A stretch of DNA of 64,000 nucleotides from Chiloscyllium plagiosum (GCF_004010195.1 NC_057719.1:40092872-40156871), one strand, 5' to 3'; positions 52,598-64,000 are shown, counted from the first letter of the stretch. Program-made: numbers and translations. The notes: generated from the sequence alone by a model not told the origin.

Positions 52598-53200
52598 TTT
52601 GGCGACGTCTTAGCACAATCCTACCACGCGATCAGAAAGAAAAAAAGGTGCAATTCCCTTTGATCCCGGGTCAATGTGAGCGACCGCCGGCAGCTGGGAG
52701 GGGAGGAGTCTGGTCGGGGCACCAGTCCAACTCCAGGCCGCTGCTCGCTGCACCCTTGACACTCGGCCCAAGGAGACAGCAACATCCACAGGGAGCGATG
52801 GAGGGGGTGAGAGGGGAGCTGTGTCGTTTGTAGGGGAGGAAAAAAAATGGTAACCGCTCCGGCGGCTGCCGATCTCTGAAGTTGTTTCCGTTGAGGCTCG
52901 GTGCCGACGCGCGCTGAAGCCACGCCACCAGTAAGGCCCAGTCAGCTGACACCGCGCCCTCCCGCCCACTCCCTGCGTCAGCCCCGGGAGCCTGGGCGTC
53001 AGGTACCAAACATGGCGGCGGCTCGCAGGCACTGCCAGTTACGGAGGCTGTCTTTCACTACCACTACCTGTACTAAACAAAAATGTCGTGCTTCTCCTTC
53101 CCTGATATCTCACTCAAGAATATGGTGCTTTACGTTAACGGTTCGGTCGGTTTGACACGCGGGTGGAAAGCTGTTAGCAGACATGACGCAGGAGCCTGGT
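52598..53200 (-). promoter_or_regulatory. PPP1R13B: CpG island: PPP1R13B 5'UTR and promoter
   Basis: Sharp GC/CpG enrichment directly upstream of the start codon, a GC box (CCCGCCC ~52961) and a YY1-like AACATGGCGGC (~53009-53019). The TSS cannot be determined from sequence. Confidence 0.8.
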
Positions 53201-53404
53201 ATCTCTGGAATGTAAACCAATTGTCTCCGGATAGTCTGCAGGAAAGGCACAGCAATGCAGAGCAACATGGCATTGCACCAACTCCCTCAGAACACCACAT
53301 CAGTTCCGATGTACACCGGCCGCCCCCTATTGTCCGAGAGTGCTTTAAACAGAGAACTGACAATCTTTTAAAAATACTTTCAGCTCAAGCACAGAGCCTT
53401 TGTT

Positions 53405-53559
53405 GTGATTTGGACACGCTGGGAGTGTTAAAAATCATAATACTAGGTTATAGTCCAACCTGGTTTATTTGGAAGCACAAGCTTTCGGAGCGCTGCTTCT
53501 TCATCAGATGGTTGAGCTAGTGCTTCCAATTAAACCTGTTGGACTATAACCTAGTGTTG
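53405..53559 (-). mobile_element. Second-family Penelope-terminus insert upstream of the promoter
   Basis: Same family as 25190-25378; near-TSD AGAGC(C)TTTGTT; minus-strand core CTGATGA-A-GAAGC agc GCTCC-GAAAGCTT. Confidence 0.7.
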
Positions 53560-53694
53560 AGAGCTTTGTTAATATTGTATTTTAGTCGCCACCTCTTTTT
53601 TGTATAATGCCAAATGATGAATAAGTACATAAGACTGTATTAAAAGTAATCATGGGCATCTGGAGCTGTCCTGTGCTAACTAAAAAAAAATAAT

Positions 53695-53822
53695 CAGTTA
53701 CCTGATGAAATACAACACTCAAAGCTAGTACTTCCAACTAAACCTGCTGGACTATAAGCTAATGTTTTGTGATTTTTTAAAAAACTTTGCCCATCCCAGT
53801 CCAACAGCAGCACCTCCACATT
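53695..53822 (+). mobile_element. Degenerate second-family Penelope terminus
   Basis: CCTGATGAA...AAAGCTAGTACTTCCAACTAAACCTGCTGGACTATAA resembles the 25260-25378 sequence. Confidence 0.6.
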
Positions 53823-54867
53823 AAACCTCGCATGGGCAAAGTTTGAAAAGCCAAAGCTTAAAATTCACAATTTTTTCAGTTTTAAGTTGTTTTACTAATT
53901 AAGTTTTGGCTAAGTTTACCTTATATCAGGATAACTTCACCAGATATTAGTCAACCTCCTGCAAAAAATCCACTTGCAGAGTGTTTACTTCATTGTTTAT
54001 GCTTGAAATGAACAAGCTTAAATCGGTGTCCTCTGGTATTTGAATTTGGTAATAAAACGGAAAAACATAGAAGTACACAGCTGTCCTAGCAGCATTTGTG
54101 CAGAAGCTTCAGGTCAATAACCTTCAGCAAAAGAAAGATGAGCTTTAATTTTATGCAGTGTTCACAGGTACCTGAATGCACTGCTGTAACTGACAGTTGA
54201 AGCTGATTTAACAACTCTTAAAGAAATCGGGATATATGTACTTGCTTGTGAAGGAGGAGACAAACTGATGGGCAAAGAATTTGACATGAAGTCTGCACAG
54301 CTTCTCCCATGTGTGGTCATTTTCTAAAAATCACTTCAACTTTTTTTAAATTCATTTGTGGAATGTGGGTGTCCTGCCATCATTTATGGTTGTCTCTAGT
54401 TGATCTCCAGAAGGTGGTGGTGAGCTGCTTTGGTTCCACTGTACTTTTTTTTAAAATTAAAAAAAATTTTCAATGCAATTGAATATACTGATAGGATTGA
54501 CAGTCATTTTCTAAAAATATGATTGGGTGGAGAAAAATATCTTAAATAGTTGCAAGATGTGAATAGTTGCATGAATTAGAACATGCACAAACACTAGCGA
54601 TTGCTTCCACCCAATCTTGAGCAACAAGACCTTGGAAAAATAAAAGTAATCCAAATAACAACACGAGTATCCAACAATTGCCTCCACCCACTCATTCCAA
54701 ACTGGTGAAGCAATCTTCACCTATAAACCATCCAAGTAATTATAGAATGGCAGAATGAAAGTAAAACCACAAACTTTTCTAAATGATGTAAAGTTAAATC
54801 CATTCTAGACAGAGAGAAAAAAATAATAAAAAGGGATCCACAATAAACTTCCATTTCCAGAGCATCA

Positions 54868-54873
54868 TTTATT
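54868..54873 (-). terminator. ATP5MJ: Probable ATP5MJ polyadenylation signal (AATAAA)
   Basis: TTTATT on the plus strand, about 140 nt downstream of the stop codon, followed on the minus strand by T/GT-rich sequence. Confidence 0.7.
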
Positions 54874-55010
54874 GGTACAATTTCATAAACCTTGCACACA
54901 TTTGAACAAAATATATTGCGTGCTTCCAGATGATAAGTCTTCTGTATCCCATTTCATTCAGTAACGGTTTACATGATTTTAGCACAAGTCCATGTACCTC
55001 AGTTGTAGTG

Positions 55011-55033
55011 TCAATGTCCTGGACTAGAAGATT
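55011..55033 (-). CDS. ATP5MJ: ATP5MJ last coding exon (KSSSPGH*)
   Basis: Long poly-T tract, then ccTAG|AA TCT TCT AGT CCA GGA CAT TGA. The PGH ending resembles human APGHH. Total CDS 165 nt = 54 aa + stop. Confidence 0.87.
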
Positions 55034-55162
55034 CTAGGTATGATTAAAAGAAAAAAAAAACAAAAATATTACCATACAAAATATTTGTAATTCAAAGGAT
55101 GACAAAATGACAACTCCCAATTCTATTCTACGAATAAAGAGACTGTTCACTATATGATACAT

Positions 55163-55420
55163 GGGCTCTTGTGGCTCAGTGGTTGCGTCCCTTCCTCTGG
55201 ACCAGAAAGCCCAGGTTCACATTGCACCTGCTCCTGAGGCACATCCTAACAAAAGCACAATATTGTGGATGCTAGGAATCCAAAACAAACATTCTTAAAG
55301 TTTCAAATCTAGTGTGACTCTTGAACATTTGTCTCCAAAGATGCAGTCAGACTTGCAGAGTTCCTCCAGCATTGTGTTTGTAGGTCATACCATGTCCGAA
55401 CATGTTGATTAAAAATATCT
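55163..55420 (+). mobile_element. Short tRNA-derived SINE interrupted by a Penelope-terminus remnant; related copy at ~57532-57640
   Basis: GGGCTCTTGTGGCTCAGTGGTTGCGTCCC head. Both copies share a CATGTC.GA...GTTGATTAA end. Confidence 0.5.
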
Positions 55421-55689
55421 ATGAAACATGGGGGCTGCAGATAGAAGTAAAAACACTTTTTTTTGCGACATTTACAAGTGCTCTTACACACAACTGAATA
55501 TCTTCCCACCCCCATCTCAAATCCCATGTTTGTTTTTCCAATCTATTAACCATCACCAGTAAATTGAAAAACAGTTTAAAGTAAGGATAAGTTGGTCTAT
55601 CCCTGACTATTGGTGGTTTGGGGGAAATAAAGGCAAATTGCACATCTGGTCAGTCTGTATCTTAAAATACTTCATATCTCATCTAGTAC

Positions 55690-56522
55690 TGATCAACAAG
55701 CACCTGCCTGTTTACTTCCTCCTTCCTCAGTCTCCAAGAGCCCAAACACACCTTCCAGGTGAAGCAGCACTTCACTCAAATCTTGTGTACTGCATTTGCT
55801 GCTCACAATATGGTCTACTCTACATTGGGGAAACAAAGTGTTGACTGGGTGACCGCTTTGCAGAAGACCTGCATTCTGTTTGCAAGAAAAAAAAAACCCT
55901 GAGCTTCCGGTTGCCTGCCATTTTAACATACCACCCTGTTCCTGGCCAACATTGGTCTCAACTTGGTGCAGTGTGCCAGTGCACCCTGCAAGAACAGCAC
56001 CTTATTTTCTGCTTGGGAATTCTACAGCCATACGCTCAAGTTCAAGTTCAACAACTTTTGGGGTTTGAGTTGTCCAAAGTCCTTATCCCTATCCCCACAC
56101 ACCAGGCCTTGTTATCACATGGTCTGCTATTGCACACACTCTAGATCAGAGTGGTGCTGGAAAAGCACAGCAGGTCAGGCAGCATTTGAGGAGCAGGAAA
56201 ACTCGACGTTTTGGGCAAAAGCCCTTCACAAACCATTATTAGTCACAACTGTCCCCATTAATAGCTATTCTGCTCGAGAGAGGTATCCACTCATTTGTCT
56301 GCTCAACTGGTTCTCTCTCTCTCTCTCTCTGGACTTTATCTCTACCTACTGTTTACTCCTTACCCCTTCTCCTCCTCCTCCCCTCCCAACCAACCTATCT
56401 TCTGCATTAAAAACAGCTTTTTCCTAGCTACCATCAGTTCTGAAGAGTCACCTGACCTGAAACATTGACTATTTCTCTTCAGACATTGCCAGACCTGCTG
56501 AGCTTTTCCAGCAATTTTTGTT
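55690..56522 (+). mobile_element. Penelope-like retroelement 3' remnant with GIY-YIG endonuclease
   Basis: Disrupted reading SNLVYCICCSQYGLLYIGETKC*LGDRFAE..PELPVACHFN and EQHLIFCLG.LQP (GIY-YIG type VY..YIG). Terminus carries a degenerate CTGAAGA..GAAAC; a nested terminus fragment lies at ~56143-56228. Confidence 0.8.
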
Positions 56523-58004
56523 AACTTACACTGGGTTGGACTCCTCCTGAAGTGACATCTACAGTATGAAAGGTGTAACAACTGACTTTGACTGGTATAG
56601 TGGACAATGACCAAGGGACTTAGGTAGAGTGGAAACACCTTTGCTTGCAACTCTATTGGCTTAAGTATACTGCACACAGACAATGGACCCATGAAGTGAA
56701 ACAGAGCGCACAAATAGTCAAAAGCTATCTGACATCTTTATATGTAAATAGTAAAACAGTATCAAAAAAAATCTATAAAAGTGGTATGTGAACATAGAGG
56801 CTCCAAGCTATATAGTTATTCAGGGTTGAGAATGGCTGAAGACAAAGTGATTCAAAAACGGAGACAAGAGATAATACATACATGCACAAACAAAAAAATA
56901 CAAAATGGCAGTCATTGAATCATGAAATGGTCAGAAATATTATGGGGCTTATCGTAGTCCATGATGGAATGCAAATACTTTTAGGTTACTTTAAATGAGT
57001 AAAATTATAAAAATACTACAATGAGCAATTACTTATATCCCATAAAAAGATTTAATGATCTTAGCCTTAACATTTAAAAATCACTCTAGATTAGGTATTT
57101 CTACTTGCACTGATATCAGCGACCTCATATCCTAGGTCATCTGCACATTTAGAAGTTATTTGAGAGCAGGTAAGGGGAAGAGAAAGAGGTAATTGATATT
57201 TTAAAAAAAATAATGACAGTGAAGATACACAAAGTGTACTTCTGTTGCATAGTTACCACTCCTTAAGTTCAACCCCCCCATGTTCAAAATAAAATCATGT
57301 CCTCAAAAGAATGCAGACTTTTGAATGTGGCTATCAAACAACATATTTTGGTTTGCTCAGGTAAATTGTCCAAACAGCAACCAGCGAGTGGAAAACATTG
57401 ACAAAGAGCCTTTTGTCATAGAGAAAATATTTTGACGAGAAACCAAAATTAAAACCTACTCCTTCGTGAAAATTTGATCAGACAGATGCTGATAACCCTG
57501 AATTAACAAAACAAGCCTACACATGTACAAAGGGCTCATATGGTAGTGGCTGTGTCCCTCCCTTTGATCCAGAAGGCCAGCATTCAAGCCCCACCTATCC
57601 CAGAGGGGTGTCAAAACATGTCTGACTAGGTTGATTAAGCTATATCTACACACATACAAACACAGAAAAATCTCCTTTGTAACAGAACAACAGTGCACTC
57701 TGCATTTCTCTCCAGAATTATTCTATGAAACAATTGTAAAATTCACTCATGGGACATGGGCATCTCTAGCTAGTCAACATTTAACGCTTGTCTTTAGCTG
57801 CCTTTGAACTGAGTGGCTTGCAAGGCTCTCTCAGAGAGCAGTTAAGAGTCAAACACACTGTGGATCTGGAATCACATGTAGGCCAGACAAGGGGAGGAGG
57901 ATTTTAGCAAACCAGATGGCTTTTTTCCAAATTTGGCAATGTTTTCACAAACAAACAGTAGAAGTTTAATTCCAGACTTTTTTTAAAAAAAGGTGAATTC
58001 AAGT

Positions 58005-59085
58005 TATAGATAGAGTGATACAGCATGGAAACAGATCCTATGGTCCAACCAGTCCATGCCGAACATATTCCTAAACTAAAAAGTAGTCCCACCTGCCTGC
58101 TCCTGGCCTATATCCCTCCAAACCTTTCTGATTCATGTACTTATCCAAGTGTCTTTTAAATGTTCTAATTGTACCACATCCACTCACGTCCTCAGGAAGT
58201 TCATTCCACATGTGCACCACTGTGTAAAACATTCACCACGTCCTTTTTATATCTCTCTCCTCTCACCTTAAAAATGTGTTCCTTTCGTCTTGAAATCTCC
58301 CTCCCAAGGAAAAAGACAACTACCATTAATTCTATCTATGCCTCTCATTATCTTAGAAGCTTCTATCAGATCGCCTCTCAACCTCCTACAATCCAGTGAA
58401 AATAGTCTCAGCCCCCTTCCTTGGTAACTCAAACCTTTCATACCCAGCAACATCCTGGTTCATCTCTTCTGAACCCTCTCCAGCTTGATAATATCATTCC
58501 ATTAACTGGGGACCAGAACTGGACACAGTATTCCAGAAGAGACCTCACCAGCGACCTGTACAACCTCAACATTACTTCCAAAACCCTATACTCAAAGGAC
58601 CGAGCAATGCATGCCAAATACCTTTTAAACTATCCTGTCCATATGTGATGCAAACTTCAAAAAAATTATGTACCTGCACTCCAGAGTTGCTTTCTTCTAC
58701 AACATTACCCAAGGCCCTATTAACTATATAAACCCTACCGTTGTTTTGTACCAAAACACAATATCTCGCATTTATCAAGATGAACTCCATCTGCCACTTT
58801 TAAGTCCCTTGACCCATTTGATCAAGATCCCTTTGTAATCTTAGAAAACCTTCTGTACCACCAATTTTGGTATGGTCAGCAAACTTAATAACCATGCCTT
58901 CTATATTCTGATCCAAATCATTTATGTAAATGATAAAACAAAAAAAAGACACAGAAGCAATTCCTGTGGAACACGACTAGCGACAGGCCTTCAGTCTGAA
59001 AAGCAACTCTCCACCACCGTCTCCTGCTAAGCCAAATATACATACAGTTGGGAAGCTCACCCTGAATCCCATGTGATCTAACTTT
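58005..59085 (-). mobile_element. CR1 LINE 3' part
   Basis: LRGDLIEASKIMRGIDR plus the 3' tail. Confidence 0.82.
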
Positions 59086-60524
59086 TAAAGTCCCCCCCCA
59101 TCTACCATAGTGGGATTCAAACAGGTTCCCAGAACATTAGTTTCTGGATTAATATTCTAGCAATAATACCACAAGGCCATTGTCTCCCCAAAATCTACAC
59201 AATAAATAAAATCAGTGACCACACAACAGATAGAGCCCAAAGGATATTGGTAAGAGGTAGTTTTTGGAATATTAAGTGTTAAAACTTCTCAGCCACAGCA
59301 AAAACAGGTAACTTGAAGAAAAGGAATAGTACTATCAAGTAATTCTGTGTGCTGTAAGCACTGAACAAGCTAGGGTTAGGCTAGACGGAGTACAATGAGA
59401 ACAGGGAAAAAAAAATGAGGCACAATATGGTCACTCCCAAGCATTGGGTCACCTGGAAAGTTGCATGAACTTTACAAGACACCCAATACACGGAACAAAT
59501 ATGGGTGGCCCTCTACCCTTGGCTCGAGTACTTTATCATGGCTGCCAACTGGGACAATTGTACTGAAAGCTGGAAAGAAGGAATGTGAAGCCACATTCAA
59601 ATCTCATGGGAAGGGGTGGGAGTTGAAGTGTTTATGTCAACATTCACCAGTCTAAGTAGTAAACAGCATTTATTACTACTCAGCATTGACACAAGAATTT
59701 CGTGTGTGTGTGTGCGCGCATGTCTCTCTCCCCCCTCCATGTAGGGCATTGAGACTGCAGACTTCCCGCTGATAATTTGGACTGCAGCTGTATACTTTTC
59801 AGCTAATGCCAGGGAAAGTTTGAGGTCATGTGTCCGACGAGTCTGGAAACTGAACTAGGACATTACATAAGCAGTCAAACAACTATTCAAAAATTTCAAG
59901 TGATGTGATGGATATTGCATTTTTTTGTGTGTCTGCTTAATGAACAACTTCTACTTTTAATGACCTTCGGACATCAAAATCTTTTAGAATGAAATACTTC
60001 AGAAATGTAGTGAACATTCAAATTAAAGAAATGGAATGAGGTAAATGATTACTTAATTTTGGGGAGCCTAATCAAAGATTCAGAATCAGCTCTTACAGGT
60101 GGTGGAAGATTATAAAACTTTTCCACAAATAGCAATCGATATTACAGCATTGTTCTTAACATAAATTTAACACTTTTTGTAACATTAAAGTCAGAAATTG
60201 AATTCAGAGTTAAAGTTTTTTTTTAAAAAGTTAGTAATTGCTTTGTTAACATCTTCCAATTTTATGCATTCACAATGAAAATGCATTAGCTGTGAGCTTA
60301 ATATGAAAATGTGTTTAGAATGAAGACTGTGTGTGTGTACAATGTGTATCAATTACCTTGGAAAGCTTTTTTTTTTAAAAACTAACACTAGAAAATACTG
60401 GGTAATTTAAAAACTGCTTTCCAGCAAGTTAATGCTTTCCTGGAGTGTGTTGCTTTAAGTTAAATGGAAATTTAAAGGCAGACAGTGGAAATAAAGGGTG
60501 TCTTCTACAGAACGGCAGCAGTAA

Positions 60525-61690
60525 CTAGAAGAGTTCCACAGAACCAATGTTGAGATTATAACTCTTCATGTTATACCTTAATGATCTAGATGAAGGAACT
60601 GAAAGTATTGTTGTGAAGTTTGCAGATGATACAAAGATAGGTGGAGGGACAGGTAGTGCTGAGGAAATGGGAAGGCTACAGAAAGACTAGGTTAGGCTAC
60701 GAGTGGAGGCAAAGAAGTGGCAGATGGAACACAATGTGGGAAAATGGGAGGTTATGCACTTTAGTAGGAAGAATAGAGACAGAGACATAGACTATTTTCT
60801 CCTCTGGAATTCAGCTCTTTTGTCCATGCTTAAACTAAGGCTGTAATGTGGTCACGAGCTGAGTGGCCCTGGCGGAACCCAAACTGGGCATCATTGAACA
60901 GGTTAGGTTAAAGGGGTAAATGTGGGGGTATGGGTGGGTTGCGCTTCGGCGGGTCGGTGTGGACTTGTTGGGCCGAAGGGCCTGTTTCCACACTGTAAGT
61001 AATCTAATCTAATCTAAAATGACTTGGGAGTCCTGGATCAGCATTCTCAAGGTTAACATGCAGGCTCAGTTGGCAGTTTAGGCATACGCAATGTTGGGCA
61101 TTCATTTCAGAGGACAAGAATACAAGAGCAAGAACATACATGGCTCTGGTCAAACCGCATTTGAAATACTGTCAGCAGTTTTAGGACCCATAATCGAAGG
61201 AATGACATCCTAGCTTTGGAGGGTGTCCAGAGGAGTTTTACAAGCATAATCCTGGGATTTATCACATAAACAGCAGTTGAGGATTCTGGGATCGTAGCAG
61301 GACGAGTGGGGATCTCAATGAAACTTACTGTATACCAAGAGACCTGGTTAGAGTGAACATGGAGAGGATGTTTCCAACAGTAAGACAGACTAGCACTGGA
61401 GGGCACAGCCACAGAGTGAAGGGATAACCCTTCTGAACTCAGATGAAGGGGAATTTCTTCAGTCAGACGGTGATGAATCTGTGGAATCCATTGCCACAAA
61501 GTTGTAGAGTCCAAACAATTGAGCGCATTTAAACCAGAGAGACCCAAGTTCTTGACTAGTAAGTGAGAAATCAAAGGACATGGAGAAAAGTAGGAGGATG
61601 GGGGTGGAGAAACACATTAGCGACAACTGAACTGCAGAGCAGACTAAAAATGGGCCGAATGGCAAGTTCTGCTTCAATATCTTATGGTCT
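60525..61690 (+). mobile_element. CR1 LINE 3' part containing a composite insertion
   Basis: KFADDTKIGG..MHFSRKN, interrupted at 60801-61017. Confidence 0.8.
60904..61017 (+). mobile_element. 5'-truncated young SINE tail
   Basis: GGGTTGCGCTTCGGCGGGTCGGTGTGGACTTG...(AATCT)n. Confidence 0.85.
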
Positions 61691-62009
61691 TAGAGTGATT
61701 ACAACTCCAGAGGGCATTGATGAATTATTCCATTTCTGCTATTCAGTCCAAATTGTACGGTACGGAAACAGATTTCGATCCAATTCATTCATACTGAAAT
61801 AAGGCCTCACTCAGTCCCAGTGAGACATTTTCAGTTATACGTACAATATACTCCAGAGGGAATCTCCAAAGACATGAATGACATTTATAGTGATGTTCTT
61901 CTGGAAACACACAAGGGAAAGGTGACAGAAGTAAGAAGAATGAGATGAACAGTTTTTATATTCTTTTATGTATAAGGATTATTGACCAGAATATGGTCTT
62001 CCATGTTCT

Positions 62010-62905
62010 TATGGAGTCATAGATGTACAGCATGGAAACAGACCCTTTGGTCAAACCCGTCCATGCTGACCAGATATCCCAATCCAATACAGTCCCACCT
62101 GCCAGCACCTGGCTCATATCCCTCCAAACCCTTCCTATTCATATACCCATCCAAATGCCTCTTAAATGTTTCAATTGTACCAATCTCCACCACTTCCTCT
62201 GACAGCTCAATCCGTACATGTACCACCCTCTGCCTGAAAAATTAGCCCCTTAGGTCTTTTTTACATCTTTCCGCTCTCATCCTAAACCTATGCCCTCTAG
62301 TTCTGGACTCCCCGACCCCAGGGAAAAGACTTTGCCTATTTATCCTATCCATGCCACTCAATTTTATAAACTTCTATAAGGTCACCCCTCAAGTCTCCGA
62401 CGCTCCAGGGAAAACAGCCCCAGCCTGTTCAGCCTCACTCTAAAGCTCAAATCCTCCAACCTCGGCAACATCCTTGTAAATCTTTTCTGAACCCATTCAT
62501 GTTTCATAACATCTTTCTGATAGGAAGGAGACCAGAACTGCACGCAATATTCCAAGTGGCCTAACCAATGTCCTGTACAGCCATAACATGACCTCCCAAC
62601 TCCTGTACTCAATATTCTGAGCAATAAAGGAAAGCATACCAAATGCCTTCTTCACTATCCTATCTACCTGCGACTCCACTTTCAAGGAGCTATGAACCTG
62701 CACTCCAAGGTCTTTTTGTTCAGCAACACTCCCAAGGACCTTACCATTAAGTGTATAAGTCCTGATAAGATTTGCTTTCCCAAAATGCAGCACCTCACAT
62801 TTATCTGAATTAAAGCCCATCTGCAGCTTCTCCATCTGGTCAAGATCCTGTTGTAATCTGGAGGTAACCCACTTCGCTGTCCACTCCACCTTCAATTTTG
62901 GTGTT
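62010..62905 (-). mobile_element. CR1 LINE 3' part
   Basis: KCEVLHFGKAN..LYRTLVR..HLEYCVQFWSP. Confidence 0.87.
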
Positions 62906-63197
62906 ATTCAAACATAATTGTGAAATCTTTTACTTTTACCCCAAAAGAAAAAAGTCATGATCAATTTCATAAAACACCCCCTTCATCCCTCACTCAAATG
63001 TCAGTCGACATTTTGTGATGTTACAAATTAAAGGCAATAGTGCTCTTACTGAGCCAAGGCAAGTTTCTGGTGTCAGTTACTGGTGTTGTGCAAAACCATT
63101 ATGTGTAAAAGATGTTTAAAATGTAAAAATAGACAGCCCTCTTGTAAGATGTGTGTTCAGCTCAAAAGAGACAAAGTTTGAAATGAATTATACTTAC

Positions 63198-63218
63198 TAT
63201 CTTTTACTGCCTTTTTAC
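63198..63218 (-). CDS. ATP5MJ: ATP5MJ 21-nt microexon (GKKAVKD)
   Basis: ttcttGCAG|GT AAA AAG GCA GTA AAA GAT A|GTAAGT; phase 1-1, in frame with both neighbours. Confidence 0.88.
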
Positions 63219-63461
63219 CTGCAAGAACAGAAACATAGTATTATATAGAAGTGAAGAAACTGACTATATTGTTCCAAATTGTCCACAAGGTATAATTCGT
63301 GGTATATTTGCAAGAATCGGTTAAAATAAAACAAGGAAACAATTGGAGAGAGAGAGAAAAAATGTCCCCACAGTTAATAGATTCACTATTCTTCTCCCCC
63401 ATAAGGCCAAATCTAACACGCTTAAATAAAATGTGTTAACACGGTGCTCAAAGACACTCAC

Positions 63462-63582
63462 CTCCGTAGGATATCTTATAGTACAAGACTGCTGTGACAG
63501 CTAGACTGGGCCATAATTCCCGATAAGCAATGGCATAGGGTTTCATTAATGCCCACCATTCTGCTATAGCGCGACCAGCCAT
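63462..63582 (-). CDS. ATP5MJ: ATP5MJ (ATP synthase subunit j / 6.8PL) first coding exon
   Basis: Acceptor ccttAG|ACG ATG, donor G|GTGAGT. Translates MAGRAIAEWWALMKPYAIAYRELWPSLAVTAVLYYKISYG, with MKPY..AY.E.W and YYKISYG motifs plus one hydrophobic segment. Its position upstream of PPP1R13B matches human synteny. Confidence 0.92.
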
Positions 63583-63943
63583 CGTCTAAGGATTAAAGGA
63601 AAGGTAATACTGAAGAACGGTAATAAAAACTAAATATTCTCCTATCACAGCGAATCACAATCAAAATGTATCATTAATTTAGATCTGTTTATTGTAGATC
63701 TAAATCTCATCACATACAGAGTCCTCGCCAGTTGTCAATGAACTGCAGCCTCAGCCCATGGGAAGTTCAGGCAGTTTCTTAGGCCTGAACACCACCGTGA
63801 CCGGTCAAAACTGACCGACAAAACTTACTCATAGGAGGAAGAAAACAGATCATTCGCAATCCGACTATCTTAATAAATATTACACAAAACCCGCAGTACA
63901 CCGCACACATTAATGCAAACACTAACAGCAAAACCAAACTCAC

Positions 63944-64000
63944 TCCGCTGTTCCAATTCAAGGAAGGTCACAGCCCCTCACACTGCTCTTAATGGACGGT
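63944..64000 (-). other. ATP5MJ: Putative non-coding first exon of ATP5MJ (5' end not determined)
   Basis: Donor GGA|GTGAGT at 63943-63938 in a CpG-containing region, 358 nt upstream of the acceptor that precedes the ATG exon. Confidence 0.5.

Noticed and set aside
52610..53520. Overlapping 84-145 aa ORFs at the CpG island
   Set aside because: Stop codons are depleted in GC-rich sequence, there is no recognisable homology, and the longest ORF runs into a TE.
1..64000. CRISPR arrays, operons or other prokaryotic systems
   Set aside because: The sequence is spliced vertebrate DNA and has no regular repeat-spacer array.

Overview
AT-rich, repeat-dense vertebrate genomic DNA. The tRNA-derived SINEs with (AATCT)n tails, CR1 LINEs, DeuSINE remnants and Penelope termini point to a shark (elasmobranch); this is an inference from repeat families. 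Two minus-strand genes lie in tandem, as in human 14q32. ATP5MJ (ATP synthase 6.8 kDa proteolipid, 54 aa) has three coding exons at 63582-63462, 63218-63198 and 55033-55011. The 5' part of PPP1R13B/ASPP1 has a CpG-island promoter at about 52.6-53.2 kb and coding exons 1-4 at 52597-52589, 24736-24589, 19051-18932 and 17816-17740; I did not find exon 5, which probably lies left of the window. Most ORF-track entries are TE-derived or spurious. Main observations: (1) short TSD-flanked Penelope-terminus inserts carrying minimal hammerhead-ribozyme motifs, with the best-preserved copies antisense to the host gene; (2) a 103-bp identical copy of intron-1 DNA fused to a SINE 21 kb away; (3) a frame-required GC-AG intron 3; (4) exons 2-4 form a 345-nt phase 0-0 unit that would be a stop-free circular ORF, flanked by inverted SINEs; (5) a 79-bp-arm hairpin with a template-switch signature. 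TE boundaries are approximate and family names come from motif recognition, not database searches.
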